From a virus (Duplodnaviria; Caudoviricetes), in IMG/VR virus record IMGVR_UViG_3300021400_000136, positions 16,152 through 80,151 of that record: DNA of 64,000 nt. One strand, 5' to 3'. The notes below the pieces were generated by a model. The model did no database searches and was not told the origin of the DNA. It saw only the letters and a list, made by a program, of their open reading frames with translations. Of the stretch, positions 18,986-28,425 are shown in pieces (position 1 is the first letter of the stretch; every line of letters starts with the position of its first letter). The translations under genes were made by a program, and so were the position numbers.

Positions 18986-19342
18986 CTAACAAAACCACCT
19001 ATCATCAAACCGATATCCGTTCACGTTCCTTACACCCTCCCGGAAGTTGTTTTGGTTTCCCAGATTGTACGGATCGTTCTGCTTCTCATCTACCAGATCG
19101 ATGAATTCATCGAGATTGACTATGTTATCGTACTCATCCATGATAACATAATCGTTTCTTTCAACTGTGTATTTCCGTAACCAATCCTTCACTTCGTCAT
19201 AGCTGTTCCATACAATGGGCGGATCATGGTATTGGTTGTCCTGTGCCTGGAACAGAAACAGCCAGCCCCATGAGGACTTACCGATATGAACAGGCTCCCC
19301 AACCGTAGGTCTGGTACGGACAGCGTAGTAATTAGTTCCCAT
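18986..19342 (-). CDS. Conserved phage hypothetical protein (MGTNYY...HIGKSSWGWLFLF)
   Basis: ORF with AGGAG RBS. Confidence 0.7.
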   Translation of the reverse strand: MGTNYYAVRTRPTVGEPVHIGKSSWGWLFLFQAQDNQYHDPPIVWNSYDEVKDWLRKYTVERNDYVIMDEYDNIVNLDEFIDLVDEKQNDPYNLGNQNNFREGVRNVNGYRFDDRWFC

Positions 19343-19353
19343 TTTAATTCTCC

Positions 19354-19587
19354 TTAACCAAACGCCATAGAGTCTGCTTCATTATCAAAGAAGCGGCAAG
19401 CCCACCAGGTGTTCTCTTTTTCATCATAATAATTATAATACACGGCTATATCACCGTTGGCTAAATCCCACGCTGCTTGTTTGCATGCTTCTTGAAATGT
19501 GTCCGCTTCATACCGCCCAACGAGTTTATGCTCGCCACTTTCTCCGGTAGAGGCATAGCCTTCCATCCATACTTCATATTCTTTCAC
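19354..19587 (-). CDS. Hypothetical protein
   Basis: GTG start overlaps the upstream TGA (GTGA); ORF track 19354..19620. Confidence 0.6.
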   Translation of the reverse strand: MKEYEVWMEGYASTGESGEHKLVGRYEADTFQEACKQAAWDLANGDIAVYYNYYDEKENTWWACRFFDNEADSMAFG

Positions 19588-20279
19588 TCTTCTGGCTCCT
19601 TGTATGGCTTGTCCATCCAAGAGTCCGGAATGAAGATGCCGTTGTCTCCGAAAGAAAAAACGCGAGATATATCATTAGGAGAATAAGGGAATACTTCTTC
19701 AAACTTATCCCGGTTAGTAGGCGCGGATTTCTTGGATTCTTCGTAGGCCTTGATCTTCTCGATAAATTCCTCTGGAGTAAACTTCCGTAGGACATCACTG
19801 ACTAGATCGAATTCTCCAAATATTTTAGCCATATCCGCAATTGTAAGCCCGCCTTCCGAAGTATCTAGATACAGCTTCTTTATTGCCCACCACAGTACAT
19901 AACGTGCATCATCAGCGCCTTTGTCGTAGCCATTCTGATAGATCTGATCTTGAGCTTCTTCCAGGCCGGTTGCATAACCTTTGTCGTAACCGTTCTGGTA
20001 GGCTTCACCTAATTTCGCCTTGCCTTCCTCAACAGTCCAGCCGGAGAGTTCCTTGTAGGCTACGTCCTTACCGCTATCATAGCCATGCTGATACCCAAGG
20101 TTGTACTGCATGTTAGTATCCACTTCATACTTGTCTTTGGCTTTTCTCTCAGCAGTTTCATAACCATGGTAATATCCGTTATTCCAGATACCGCTCAGCT
20201 CGGACCGGATCGCAGGGCCAAAAGGAGTATGCCGTTCGAGATAGTCGTTAATTACTTCGTCTTGTGTTTTCATATTCAT
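19584..20279 (-). CDS. Hypothetical protein with GYxxG repeats, paralog 1
   Basis: Nearly identical blocks shared with 20437..21036. Confidence 0.75.
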   Translation of the reverse strand: MNMKTQDEVINDYLERHTPFGPAIRSELSGIWNNGYYHGYETAERKAKDKYEVDTNMQYNLGYQHGYDSGKDVAYKELSGWTVEEGKAKLGEAYQNGYDKGYATGLEEAQDQIYQNGYDKGADDARYVLWWAIKKLYLDTSEGGLTIADMAKIFGEFDLVSDVLRKFTPEEFIEKIKAYEESKKSAPTNRDKFEEVFPYSPNDISRVFSFGDNGIFIPDSWMDKPYKEPEE

Positions 20280-20440
20280 TCCTCCCTATTCAGTAGATCA
20301 AGGATTTCTCCAAGATCAGTCAGGACCATATAGTCAATATGCGATATCATTGGCTGGCCCTTAATCAAGCCGACGACACCCTTTACTTTGGCTTTCACTT
20401 CTTCGATATCCTTTTGGCTAAATACCACTATTTGCTTCAT
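20276..20440 (-). CDS. Small hypothetical protein between the paralogs
   Basis: MKQIVVFSQ..., ATGA-coupled at both ends. Confidence 0.55.
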   Translation of the reverse strand: MKQIVVFSQKDIEEVKAKVKGVVGLIKGQPMISHIDYMVLTDLGEILDLLNREE

Positions 20441-21036
20441 TCTTTTTGCTCCTTGTATGGCGAATCTAACCACTCGGATTGTTTCTTCCTCCAGCTCTCA
20501 TCTTTTGACTGGATCGTAAAAGCGCGCCGGTCTCTATCAAGGTTAGTGTTGCACTCTATTGTCAGGCCGAACACTTCCTCAAACTTATCCCGGTTAGTAG
20601 GCGCAGATTTCTTTGGCCCTTCTTTGTAATCCTTTACCTTCTTAATAATCTCCTCTGGAGTAAAATTCATAAATATGTCTTCAAGGAAATAAGTGTTAAA
20701 TATCTTCTCAACAGCTATACCTCCAAGACCGCCACGATCAGGAGAGAGAATAACCTTCGACACCGCCCACCACAATACATAACGTGCATCATCAGCGCCT
20801 TTGTCGTAGCCATCTTGGTAGGCTTCTACGTCCTTGCCCGCATCGTATCCGTTGGCATAGCCTTTATTGTACTGACGGTGCAACTCTTCGGTTACGTCGA
20901 GCGCACCAAAATCTCGACGACCACGGATATACCCATTCTCCCAGATGTTCTCCAGCTCAGAGCGGATCGTCTGACCTTCTGGCGTGTGCCGTTCAAGATA
21001 GCCGTTAATTACTTCGTCTTTTGTTTTCATATTCAT
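20437..21036 (-). CDS. Hypothetical protein with GYxxG repeats, paralog 2
   Basis: MNMKTKDEVINGYLERHTP vs MNMKTQDEVINDYLERHTP; shared GYDKGADDARYVLWWA and SAPTNRDKFEEVF. Confidence 0.75.
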   Translation of the reverse strand: MNMKTKDEVINGYLERHTPEGQTIRSELENIWENGYIRGRRDFGALDVTEELHRQYNKGYANGYDAGKDVEAYQDGYDKGADDARYVLWWAVSKVILSPDRGGLGGIAVEKIFNTYFLEDIFMNFTPEEIIKKVKDYKEGPKKSAPTNRDKFEEVFGLTIECNTNLDRDRRAFTIQSKDESWRKKQSEWLDSPYKEQKE

Positions 21037-21039
21037 TCC

Positions 21040-23205
21040 TCACTTCGAATCTTGTCCGCACGTTATTTCGGTTCCATAGTAAACCGGAATTGTGGATGGC
21101 GTCGTCTTCTGCCACAGATCGTTAGAGATCAGTGATGACCTATTCTGAACGCTTGCTTTCCCATCCGCGACACCTTCGTTATATGCGTCTTCTACCATCT
21201 TCCGGATCTCATCCACTGTGATCAGAAGCTTTCCATCCTGGTCAGCTTTTAAAATTATAGGTCTCATATTTCTGCTCCTTTGTATGGTTCATCCCATTTG
21301 AGAACGGGTCCTTTTACAGCGTTTATAAAATAGTCTTTACTAAATATAACGTCTCCGTCTGGCAAGAAACCAAACACTTCTTTGAACTTCTGAGCATTGG
21401 TGATAATAGGATGCTCTTTGTTCCACTGTTCGGTAACTCTTATTATTTCTTGTAGTCTCTCCTCAGTAGAATCAGGTATATTACATCCTGTATTTTCTAA
21501 TGGGCAACCTATACAACCTGTGTGCGATTTACACATTCGCCTGTACTCTTTCAAAAATTCAATCGCTTCCATGCTCGTCCTCCTTTTCTTTGTAATGAGA
21601 GCAGTATTTGGGTGTGATATAAAACCACTTCCAAAGCTCTCTGCATCTACGTTTACCTTTCCAATCTTTAAAGGACATATATTTGCATTTATCGCACATG
21701 GAGTCACCTTTTATTAATTTGGGAATGACGCATAAAACGTATGCAAGCAAAGCACTAAAAAGCCCTACGGCTATGCCGATGTAGTATTCAATTGGCATTT
21801 TCTTTTACCTCCTTTTTCAGCCATTTAAGACAGCAATCAAGGCATGTAGTAGTCTGGCAGTTATCGTCGCACCAAGCAGGCCAGTATCTTTGATGAATAA
21901 GAAGAACCATCAGTTCCTCATCACTCATCTGTCGTATTTTTTCTCCGTTAGTCATGCGCTTATTATCTGTTTTTTCTCCTAACTTTCTTCCACACATTGG
22001 GCAATAATTAATTTTGCACTCACGATGTTCTTTGCCGAATCTTAGTATCAGTGCGTCCGGATAATGATAATATGCGTGTGCATTCTTATCCAACGGGCTA
22101 ATATATCCGTCTCTGTCTTCGTGACAGTATTCGCAACTCATGCTCATTCCTCCGCTTCGATGATGGTTGGTGCGCTATCAATATCATCCAAGCAAACCAC
22201 TTTTCTTACATCATCTTGTTGTAATGCAGCGGAAGCATAGTACCAATTATCTGCTAAAGCATCCGCATCAATCAATCTGCCGTGCGGTGTAGGAATATTA
22301 CTGATAGGGCAATCTGGATGTCTACTTGTAGCATAGTCATCGAATCCAATGTACAGCTCACATCCAATCTGTTTGCAGAATCCTACATGGCAAGCACCAC
22401 AATACTGCGGTACTTCCACATTCTTTATTATGACACTCATCTTTAGCCCTCCTGGTATATGATGTTGAGCATAAAGTGTTTTAGTTTTTCTATCATCTCA
22501 TTCACTATTATGGCTTTTGGCGGAGCAAGCCTATCTACTACGACACTGTAATCTGTGCGAACCGGATCTTCGATCTTATGTGCTTCTCCATTCTCATCGA
22601 TGTATTCATGGACGAGAGTAAGTCTGTATCTCTCAAAAGTCATGTTTCCTCCTCTGCCTTGTGCAAACGCTGATTCAACTCCATAACAAGTGCTGGAACT
22701 TCAATCGCCATCATGCGTTCGCCGCCAACGGCGAATGCGATGTCTGCACAGTTGCCAACGATGCACTTTACAAAGTCTTCCCATTCCTCGTCCCGCCAGT
22801 GAACGGCAGTGTAATAGATTGCCGCAAGCTGTTTGGCAATTTCGGCTTGCTTCTTTCTGGTGATTATTATCATGTCTCGCCCTCCTCCGCTTCGATGATT
22901 GTTGGTGCATTATCTATTGCTTCCTCTATTTCATCCAAAGAATAGCCGTACTGCCCTCCAATAAAAGCATTTCTTATCTCAGTATCCGCATCGATCAATC
23001 TGCCGTGCTGCGGGACTTCAATGAGAGGACACCAATCTGGCCTTCGCTCTTCACAATCGTTCTCTAATTGCTTGTAAAGATGCGCTGCTTTGCAAAGATA
23101 AAACCCATCATTGGTAAAGTCACAATCGTAACAGCTTTCCGGCATCTCCATGCCCTTAATGTAAACGCCCATCACTCGTTCCTCGCAATCGAAGCGTTCG
23201 CCCAC
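21040..23205 (-). other. Run of small translationally coupled accessory ORFs: 21040..21267, 21264..about 21572, 21559..21798, 21788..22147, 22144..22440, 22443..22643, 22640..22873, 22870..23205; several Cys-rich, two paralogous HGRLIDAD...APTIIEAEE proteins
   Basis: ORF track, same strand, overlapping start/stop codons and GGAG RBSs. Confidence 0.65.
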
Positions 23206-23381
23206 ATCACGGCCTCTTCAAGTCTGGTAAATGCGAGGGACTTTTCCCGGCTATCCGGACAATATTCATTGATATAGGCGGCAAGCATCTTCGCCTTATA
23301 GCGGATGCGCTCATACCTCTCAGGCTGTCCCTCTTTTGGTGCATGGTAGGTGTAGTTATTTTCGATCTCGCTGTTTTTCAT
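23172..23381 (-). CDS. Acb2/Tad1-hairpin-like small protein, candidate sponge for cyclic-nucleotide immune signals (69 aa)
   Basis: CPDSREKSLAFTRLEEAVMWANASIAR resembles the Tad1 C-terminal hairpin (recalled as SRENACALTHVEEALMWMN); start follows GGAGG with 7-nt spacing. Confidence 0.6.
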   Translation of the reverse strand: MKNSEIENNYTYHAPKEGQPERYERIRYKAKMLAAYINEYCPDSREKSLAFTRLEEAVMWANASIARNE

Positions 23382-23383
23382 GC

Positions 23384-23722
23384 TCATTCCTCCTTCGGTG
23401 GTTCTGGGAGCGGCATCCAAAACTTCACAAGCCAACTGTATATTTGCTGGCCTTTTTCATCATACCAATTATTCCCATTTCGGAATGAAACAGGAGCCGC
23501 CATCCCATACCTAAGCATTCTTATGGGGTTGTATGACGAGTCGGTATATACTATGTAGAATCCTGGTTCATCCGGCAACCGCTCTGTTACGGGAATCCAT
23601 TTCGGCTTGCTCAGTTTTTCAATGGCATCAGCGGCTTCATCCATGATGCAGTTTTCCATCTGGTTGATTTGCTTGAACAGACGCGCTCTCATTCTCAGCC
23701 GCTTTACCAGTTCGTCATACAT
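23384..23722 (-). CDS. DUF551-like protein
   Basis: KWIPVTERLP...VKFWMPLPEPPKEE motif. Confidence 0.65.
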   Translation of the reverse strand: MYDELVKRLRMRARLFKQINQMENCIMDEAADAIEKLSKPKWIPVTERLPDEPGFYIVYTDSSYNPIRMLRYGMAAPVSFRNGNNWYDEKGQQIYSWLVKFWMPLPEPPKEE

Positions 23723-24369
23723 CAGCTTTCCTCCTTTTCATTCAGCCAATCACAGTATTTCTTACATTCCTCTTCGTTTAAAAACACTGCTCTGTAGCAA
23801 TTAATTGATTCTAAGTTCTCCGGTAGTTCTTGATAGAAATCAGCTTGTGTTGACCAGATATCCCCATAACTGCCTTCATCAGCAAGTTCGAAGTTATAAC
23901 TGTCGATCGTATTATCAATGGAAAATCTTAAGCATTTCACCTCTTTTGGTGAATAACGGATTTTTTTCTTAGCACACTCGCACTCTTCTGTCATTTGCCT
24001 GCCCATTGGGGAAACATAATGAATACGCCTGTTTGCATCACACTTATCGCACTTTGGCAATTCTTCGTAGGTAATATGTGGTCTATATCCTTTTCCTGCG
24101 ATGCTTTTCAGAATATCTGCCGCTCTCTGTCTCTTGGCTTCTCTCTCTGCGTTTTCAGTTTTATAGCGCAATTCACGCATAGCACTGTCATGTTCTTTCT
24201 TGATTTGGCTCCAGTTCTTTTTGACTTCTTGAAGCTCCGCATTTTCCTCTTCCAATTTTCGAATGTGGTCTTTAATCTCTTGGCGTGTATTGTCGATAAT
24301 CGTTTGCTTGAATTCAGACATCATTACGTCAAATTCTGATGGTTCATAGTAATTATCCCAGTAATCCAT
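23722..24369 (-). CDS. Conserved hypothetical protein (coiled coil plus CxxC)
   Basis: ORF track; start/stop overlap with neighbour. Confidence 0.7.
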   Translation of the reverse strand: MDYWDNYYEPSEFDVMMSEFKQTIIDNTRQEIKDHIRKLEEENAELQEVKKNWSQIKKEHDSAMRELRYKTENAEREAKRQRAADILKSIAGKGYRPHITYEELPKCDKCDANRRIHYVSPMGRQMTEECECAKKKIRYSPKEVKCLRFSIDNTIDSYNFELADEGSYGDIWSTQADFYQELPENLESINCYRAVFLNEEECKKYCDWLNEKEES

Positions 24370-24663
24370 TCATGTTTCCTCCTTCAGCGGTTTATAAGGC
24401 TTTGGTTTCGGCATCCATGCCACTATGCCGTCCATATCTCCGTTATCTTCAAAATAGCAACCGTATTCTGGATCGTAATTAAAAGTATCAATTCTAACGT
24501 TCCCATATCTGTTGCAAGTCAGTACCTCTTCGCCATCATCTGGCATCTGCGATGTGAAGATTATTGCGTCTTCGTCTTCAATGTCATATCCGATTTTTGC
24601 TGACCACTCTGCGCGTTCTTCTTCATCCATTGGTCTTGATTTAATAGGAATCCACTCGCTCAT
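24370..24663 (-). CDS. DUF551-like protein
   Basis: EWIPIKSRP...IVAWMPKPKPYK. Confidence 0.6.
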   Translation of the reverse strand: MSEWIPIKSRPMDEEERAEWSAKIGYDIEDEDAIIFTSQMPDDGEEVLTCNRYGNVRIDTFNYDPEYGCYFEDNGDMDGIVAWMPKPKPYKPLKEET

Positions 24664-25774
24664 GTTTCACCTCTCATGTCAGCACCGCAGTTGGGGCAGA
24701 AATCGTACTTTGTCGTGATACCGATGTAGTGGAAATCGCCATCACATACGGAACAATGGAAACAATACGGTTTCCCATTCGGCTCATATTCCAACACCCA
24801 CTTCCCCCGCACCACAGGCCGCACATCAGCGGCTGGTTGTCTGTTAATTAAAGCATACACACCCCAGTTGTCCCAACCATCTCCTGTCATTGGGCCAGAT
24901 ATTCTTTTCGCCTCGGCAAGCAAAGCATCTCGATCAATGTACTCAGCCATTTTCTTTCTCCCATCGTGAGCAAAAATCATTCCACATAATACAGCCAATA
25001 TTTAAAAATGAGCATGGCGCACAGCCCTGGACATTATGTACTCCTTCATAGTATTTGCATGTATTGCACGATCTCCGCTCGACAAGATTCCCTGTTTCAT
25101 AAGCGTCCATGACAAGTGCCGCTTTCTGAAGAGCATATATCTCTCCTGTATCGAAAGGCTTTTCGATGCAGTTCTCTTCCAACTTAATTCGTTTCAGAAT
25201 CAGTTCTTTGGCATGTGAGATAGATTGTTTTGATGGGATATACTTATCCATCTTCCTCTACCTTCCTACTCTTCCAGTACTGGCCACCTGTGCAGAGTAC
25301 TACACTGTTGCACATCCAGTCCTTTTCCTTACCATCCCATGCCGCATACCGACAGGCCCAGCACTCTCCGTATCCTTCAGGCTTTGGCTTCTCCGGTTTT
25401 GGCTCTTCTTTCTTCTCAGGAAGCCACCACATCTTGCGGTCTGGCTTGATCAGCTTCGAACCGCACTTCGGACAGAAATTATCATAGAATACAGACTCAT
25501 GACATCTAGCGCATTCGCCGATCCAGTAATATTCTTCTTCCTCACAACCCGTCGGAATCCAATCAGCTTTGACTTGATTGGGTTTAGCATACTCCACGCC
25601 GTCCTGGTAGCCCTTCATGTACTGGTTACGATCATACTGAAGAGCTTTCATTAGTTCCTCTTTGTCAACGATGACATCCACTTTAGCGAGAACCTCTGTC
25701 ATGATTGCATCATCGTATCTCTGTACAGTCATCGGAGTAAATGAATTCACTAACTCTATCGGGCTTTTATACAT
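24660..25774 (-). other. Three Cys-rich/zinc-ribbon small ORFs (24660..about 24949, 24943..25251, 25244..25774)
   Basis: CxxC...FCPxCG motifs; coupled ORFs. Confidence 0.65.
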
Positions 25775-26173
25775 TTACGCAACATCCTCCACAAGTTCAA
25801 AGGTATATCCCTTCACCATTCGATTCGTTCCATCCTTACGCTTATGGTACACAGCGGTGCAGATAGAGTTGGCATAGCAGCTGGGAAGGCCAAGTCCTTC
25901 GCAAGTCTCTCTATAGCTGTAGTATATCTCGTCCGTTTCAATAACCCGGATCTTGGTTCGACCACGCGTCTCACTCGGATAGCCTTCGAAAGCTTTAAGG
26001 TACAAGCCATATACGCTCTTATCGACACGCGTGTCTCTACTGCCGGAGTACAGAACCACAGTTCCTTTTCCACTTGTCTTCAATATTCTTCCGGTCTCAT
26101 TGTTCCGAATTCTCAAGCCGTTACTAACAGAGTACTTCGGATACTCTTTTATTATGCGCCATTCTTCTTGCAT
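25775..26173 (-). CDS. NUMOD4-motif protein (homing-endonuclease-derived, no HNH core visible)
   Basis: EEWRIIKEYPKYSVSNGLRIRN...GRILK at the N-terminus; C-terminal helix-turn-helix-like YYSYRETCEGLGL segment. Confidence 0.6.
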   Translation of the reverse strand: MQEEWRIIKEYPKYSVSNGLRIRNNETGRILKTSGKGTVVLYSGSRDTRVDKSVYGLYLKAFEGYPSETRGRTKIRVIETDEIYYSYRETCEGLGLPSCYANSICTAVYHKRKDGTNRMVKGYTFELVEDVA

Positions 26174-26253
26174 AGCATTAGCTCCTCATTCATTTGTTTC
26201 GAATTGAATCATATCATAAGACTCAGAACGAGTCAATAAGAAAAATAAAAAAA

Positions 26254-26749
26254 CTACTCCTCGTCCTCGTCGTCACATCGCTCGTAGAAGTTCATCTCGA
26301 AATCATCTATTGGCATGAACACAACATCGTTTCTATTTGCCTGATTTGAATACGCTGCCCAGATGTAATTAATAATCCAGAGCTCCTCTTCCTGACTTAC
26401 CATCACTACATAGTTCTCGTCGATCAATGCCTTTACAATTGGCCAGACATTCTCCTCGTGATGTAAAGCTATCTCCTGTTTCGGTATACGATCAGCCATT
26501 CTTTTTACCTCTCTTTACTACCGGTTTCGCCTGTTCTTCCGTCGATTTTTTAGGGATGAATTCGTCGAAAAGCTCGTGAAAGAAATCTCCAATTGTTTCT
26601 TTTGAAGGAAATTCCTTATCAATCCAGGCTCTGTTTTTGCTTATCGACCCGTCGTTTGATTCAATTTTCGCAGTGGCATATGCTCCCGGAAGCCCTTCTA
26701 CGTTTGAATAAACTTGCATGGAAAGTGTATACTTCTTATCCGATTCCAT
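26254..26749 (-). other. Two small hypothetical ORFs (26254..26499, 26492..26749)
   Basis: ORF track; coupled. Confidence 0.6.
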
Positions 26750-26819
26750 TAGAATATTTCCTTTCTTCGAATATAAATACCGCGAGTAAAATTGAAATCA
26801 ATCCTCGGCTATGCCCGCC

Positions 26820-26848
26820 TTGACAATAATTAAAAATTGTGTTAAACT
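26820..26848 (+). promoter_or_regulatory. Sigma-70/SigA-type promoter pointing towards the attP core
   Basis: TTGACA (26820-25), 17 bp, TAAACT (26843-48). Confidence 0.5.
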
Positions 26849-26853
26849 TTTAT

Positions 26854-27210
26854 TGTGGTATTTGTGTGGTAATTACAAATTGTTACAGGCCCAAACCACC
26901 AGTGATTACTGGGCAGTTGGAGGTTTAGGACAGTATTCCTCTGACTCCGTATGTGAGGGTTCGAATCCTTCTCCCGCTGCCACTTCAAAAAGTTCTCAGA
27001 TTTGAGTAAATCGCTTGAATCTGGGAACTTTTTTTATTACTTTGATTTCACATTTGTTGCAAACATGAGTAAAAGTAATAAACAAATGTTGCGAATGTGT
27101 AGCAACTGTTGTTGTTTTTACGTGGTACTTACGGGGTACAAAGTCAAAGTCCGCATTTGTGTGGTGGTTATGTGGTAGTACTACCACATGAGTACCACAT
27201 TTATGTGGTA
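26854..27210. mobile_element. attP region: tRNA-derived core flanked by TGTGGTA/TACCACA integrase arm-type sites
   Basis: TGTGGTA at 26854, 26865, 27171, 27204 (CGTGGTA at 27121); TACCACA at 27182 and 27193; immediately downstream of the integrase stop. Confidence 0.75.
26939..26982 (+). pseudogene. 3' half of tRNA-Gln(CTG), the putative att core
   Basis: CT-CTG-AC loop, TCCGT, GAGGG-TTCGAAT-CCTTC T-arm, TCCCGCTG-CCA; the upstream sequence cannot form the 5' acceptor, D-arm or anticodon strand. Confidence 0.8.
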
Positions 27211-27219
27211 CAATTTTTA

Positions 27220-28323
27220 TTAGCCTAAAGCCAATCGGAGACTATCAGAATTAATTTTTTCTGCGGTTTTAGGCAATTCCTGTTCAGCCATATATTCTGC
27301 ATAAATAGCCATCGTGATATCCGGTGAAGAATGCCCCATCAGATACTGCGCTTCTTTAGGCTGCATCCCGCTGGCGATCCATCTCGTGCAGCAGGTGTGC
27401 CGCAGAACGTGTGGCGTAACGTGAAAGTCCAGCGTCGGCTTTAGATGATATCCAGTGCTCGGTCCGCCCACTGTCCGGTTCGTTACGAAACTCCACATGC
27501 TGCGGATGGATTCTGCTGTCATGAAGCTTCCAGACTTACAGGGGAACACGTACAGGGATTTGCTTCCAGACTTCAGTGGCTTCAGAACCTGGTAGATCTC
27601 CGGTGCCATCGGGATCTTCCTGTGGGCCGCATCGGATTTCATCATGGTGTTGATCTCGCCCTGCCGATTTGACTTCGGCCACACGATAGATCTTTCCACA
27701 CTGATCATCCGGTTCTCAAAATCCAGATCCTTCCACATCAAACCAGCAGCCTCGCCTTTACGCAGACCGCTGAATAGACAGGTGACGATGAACGGGTACA
27801 CCCTGGTCCCTTTGGTAGCTTTCAGTAAAGCCTCGCACTGTGCATCCGTCAGCGGCCTTACCTTCTCTGGTTTATCAGCCGTAGCTTTTTTATTGAAGGC
27901 AGGGGAGCGAGGGATGATATCATTCTCTACAGCTTTGTTGAAGATCTTGTTCGTGTACGTCAGCACCTTTTCCTGTGTGCTCTTCGACAGGTGGGAGATG
28001 TTCAGCAGCATACGATCTATGTTCGCTGGCTTAATGTCCTTAACCCTTCTGTTACCGAGCTCTGGGAGAATGTACCGCTTGACAATATCTTCTGTTGATT
28101 CCTTTGTCCGTACATGGAGTTTGCGCTGGGCCTTATACTCTTCGAGCCAGAGCTCGGCAAGTTCGCCAAACGTCGTGCTGTTACCGACGTCATATCCCAT
28201 AAGAAGTTTGCGCTTCGCTTCTTCTCTTTTCTGCTCAGCCTCCTTCTTTGTCTTGCCGTAAAAGTACTTCCTGCTCTTGTCCGGGAGCTGAAGAGATACT
28301 TTAACTAATTTTTTATTGGCCAT
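27220..28323 (-). CDS. int: Tyrosine recombinase/integrase
   Basis: SGLRKGE (R), HVLRHT (HxxR), MGHSSPDITMAIY (H/Y); N-terminal arm-binding and SAM-like domains. Confidence 0.95.
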   Translation of the reverse strand: MANKKLVKVSLQLPDKSRKYFYGKTKKEAEQKREEAKRKLLMGYDVGNSTTFGELAELWLEEYKAQRKLHVRTKESTEDIVKRYILPELGNRRVKDIKPANIDRMLLNISHLSKSTQEKVLTYTNKIFNKAVENDIIPRSPAFNKKATADKPEKVRPLTDAQCEALLKATKGTRVYPFIVTCLFSGLRKGEAAGLMWKDLDFENRMISVERSIVWPKSNRQGEINTMMKSDAAHRKIPMAPEIYQVLKPLKSGSKSLYVFPCKSGSFMTAESIRSMWSFVTNRTVGGPSTGYHLKPTLDFHVTPHVLRHTCCTRWIASGMQPKEAQYLMGHSSPDITMAIYAEYMAEQELPKTAEKINSDSLRLALG

Positions 28324-28376
28324 TTGTTTTTCCTCCTGTTAGCTTGCAGGCTTAGTGGAGGATTGATTTCCTCCAC

Positions 28377-28406
28377 ATTGTAACCTACACATACGGACAA
28401 AGTCAA
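28377..28406 (-). promoter_or_regulatory. Putative integrase promoter
   Basis: Minus strand TTGACT, 18 bp, TACAAT, followed by a GTGGAGG/CCTCCAC hairpin and an AGGAGG RBS. Confidence 0.5.
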
Positions 28407-28425
28407 CCAACTTTTGGTTGAAAAT

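Noticed and set aside
26911-26982. Complete tRNA-Gln(CTG) gene
   Set aside because: The 5' half cannot pair with the acceptor or anticodon strands; interpreted as the att core.
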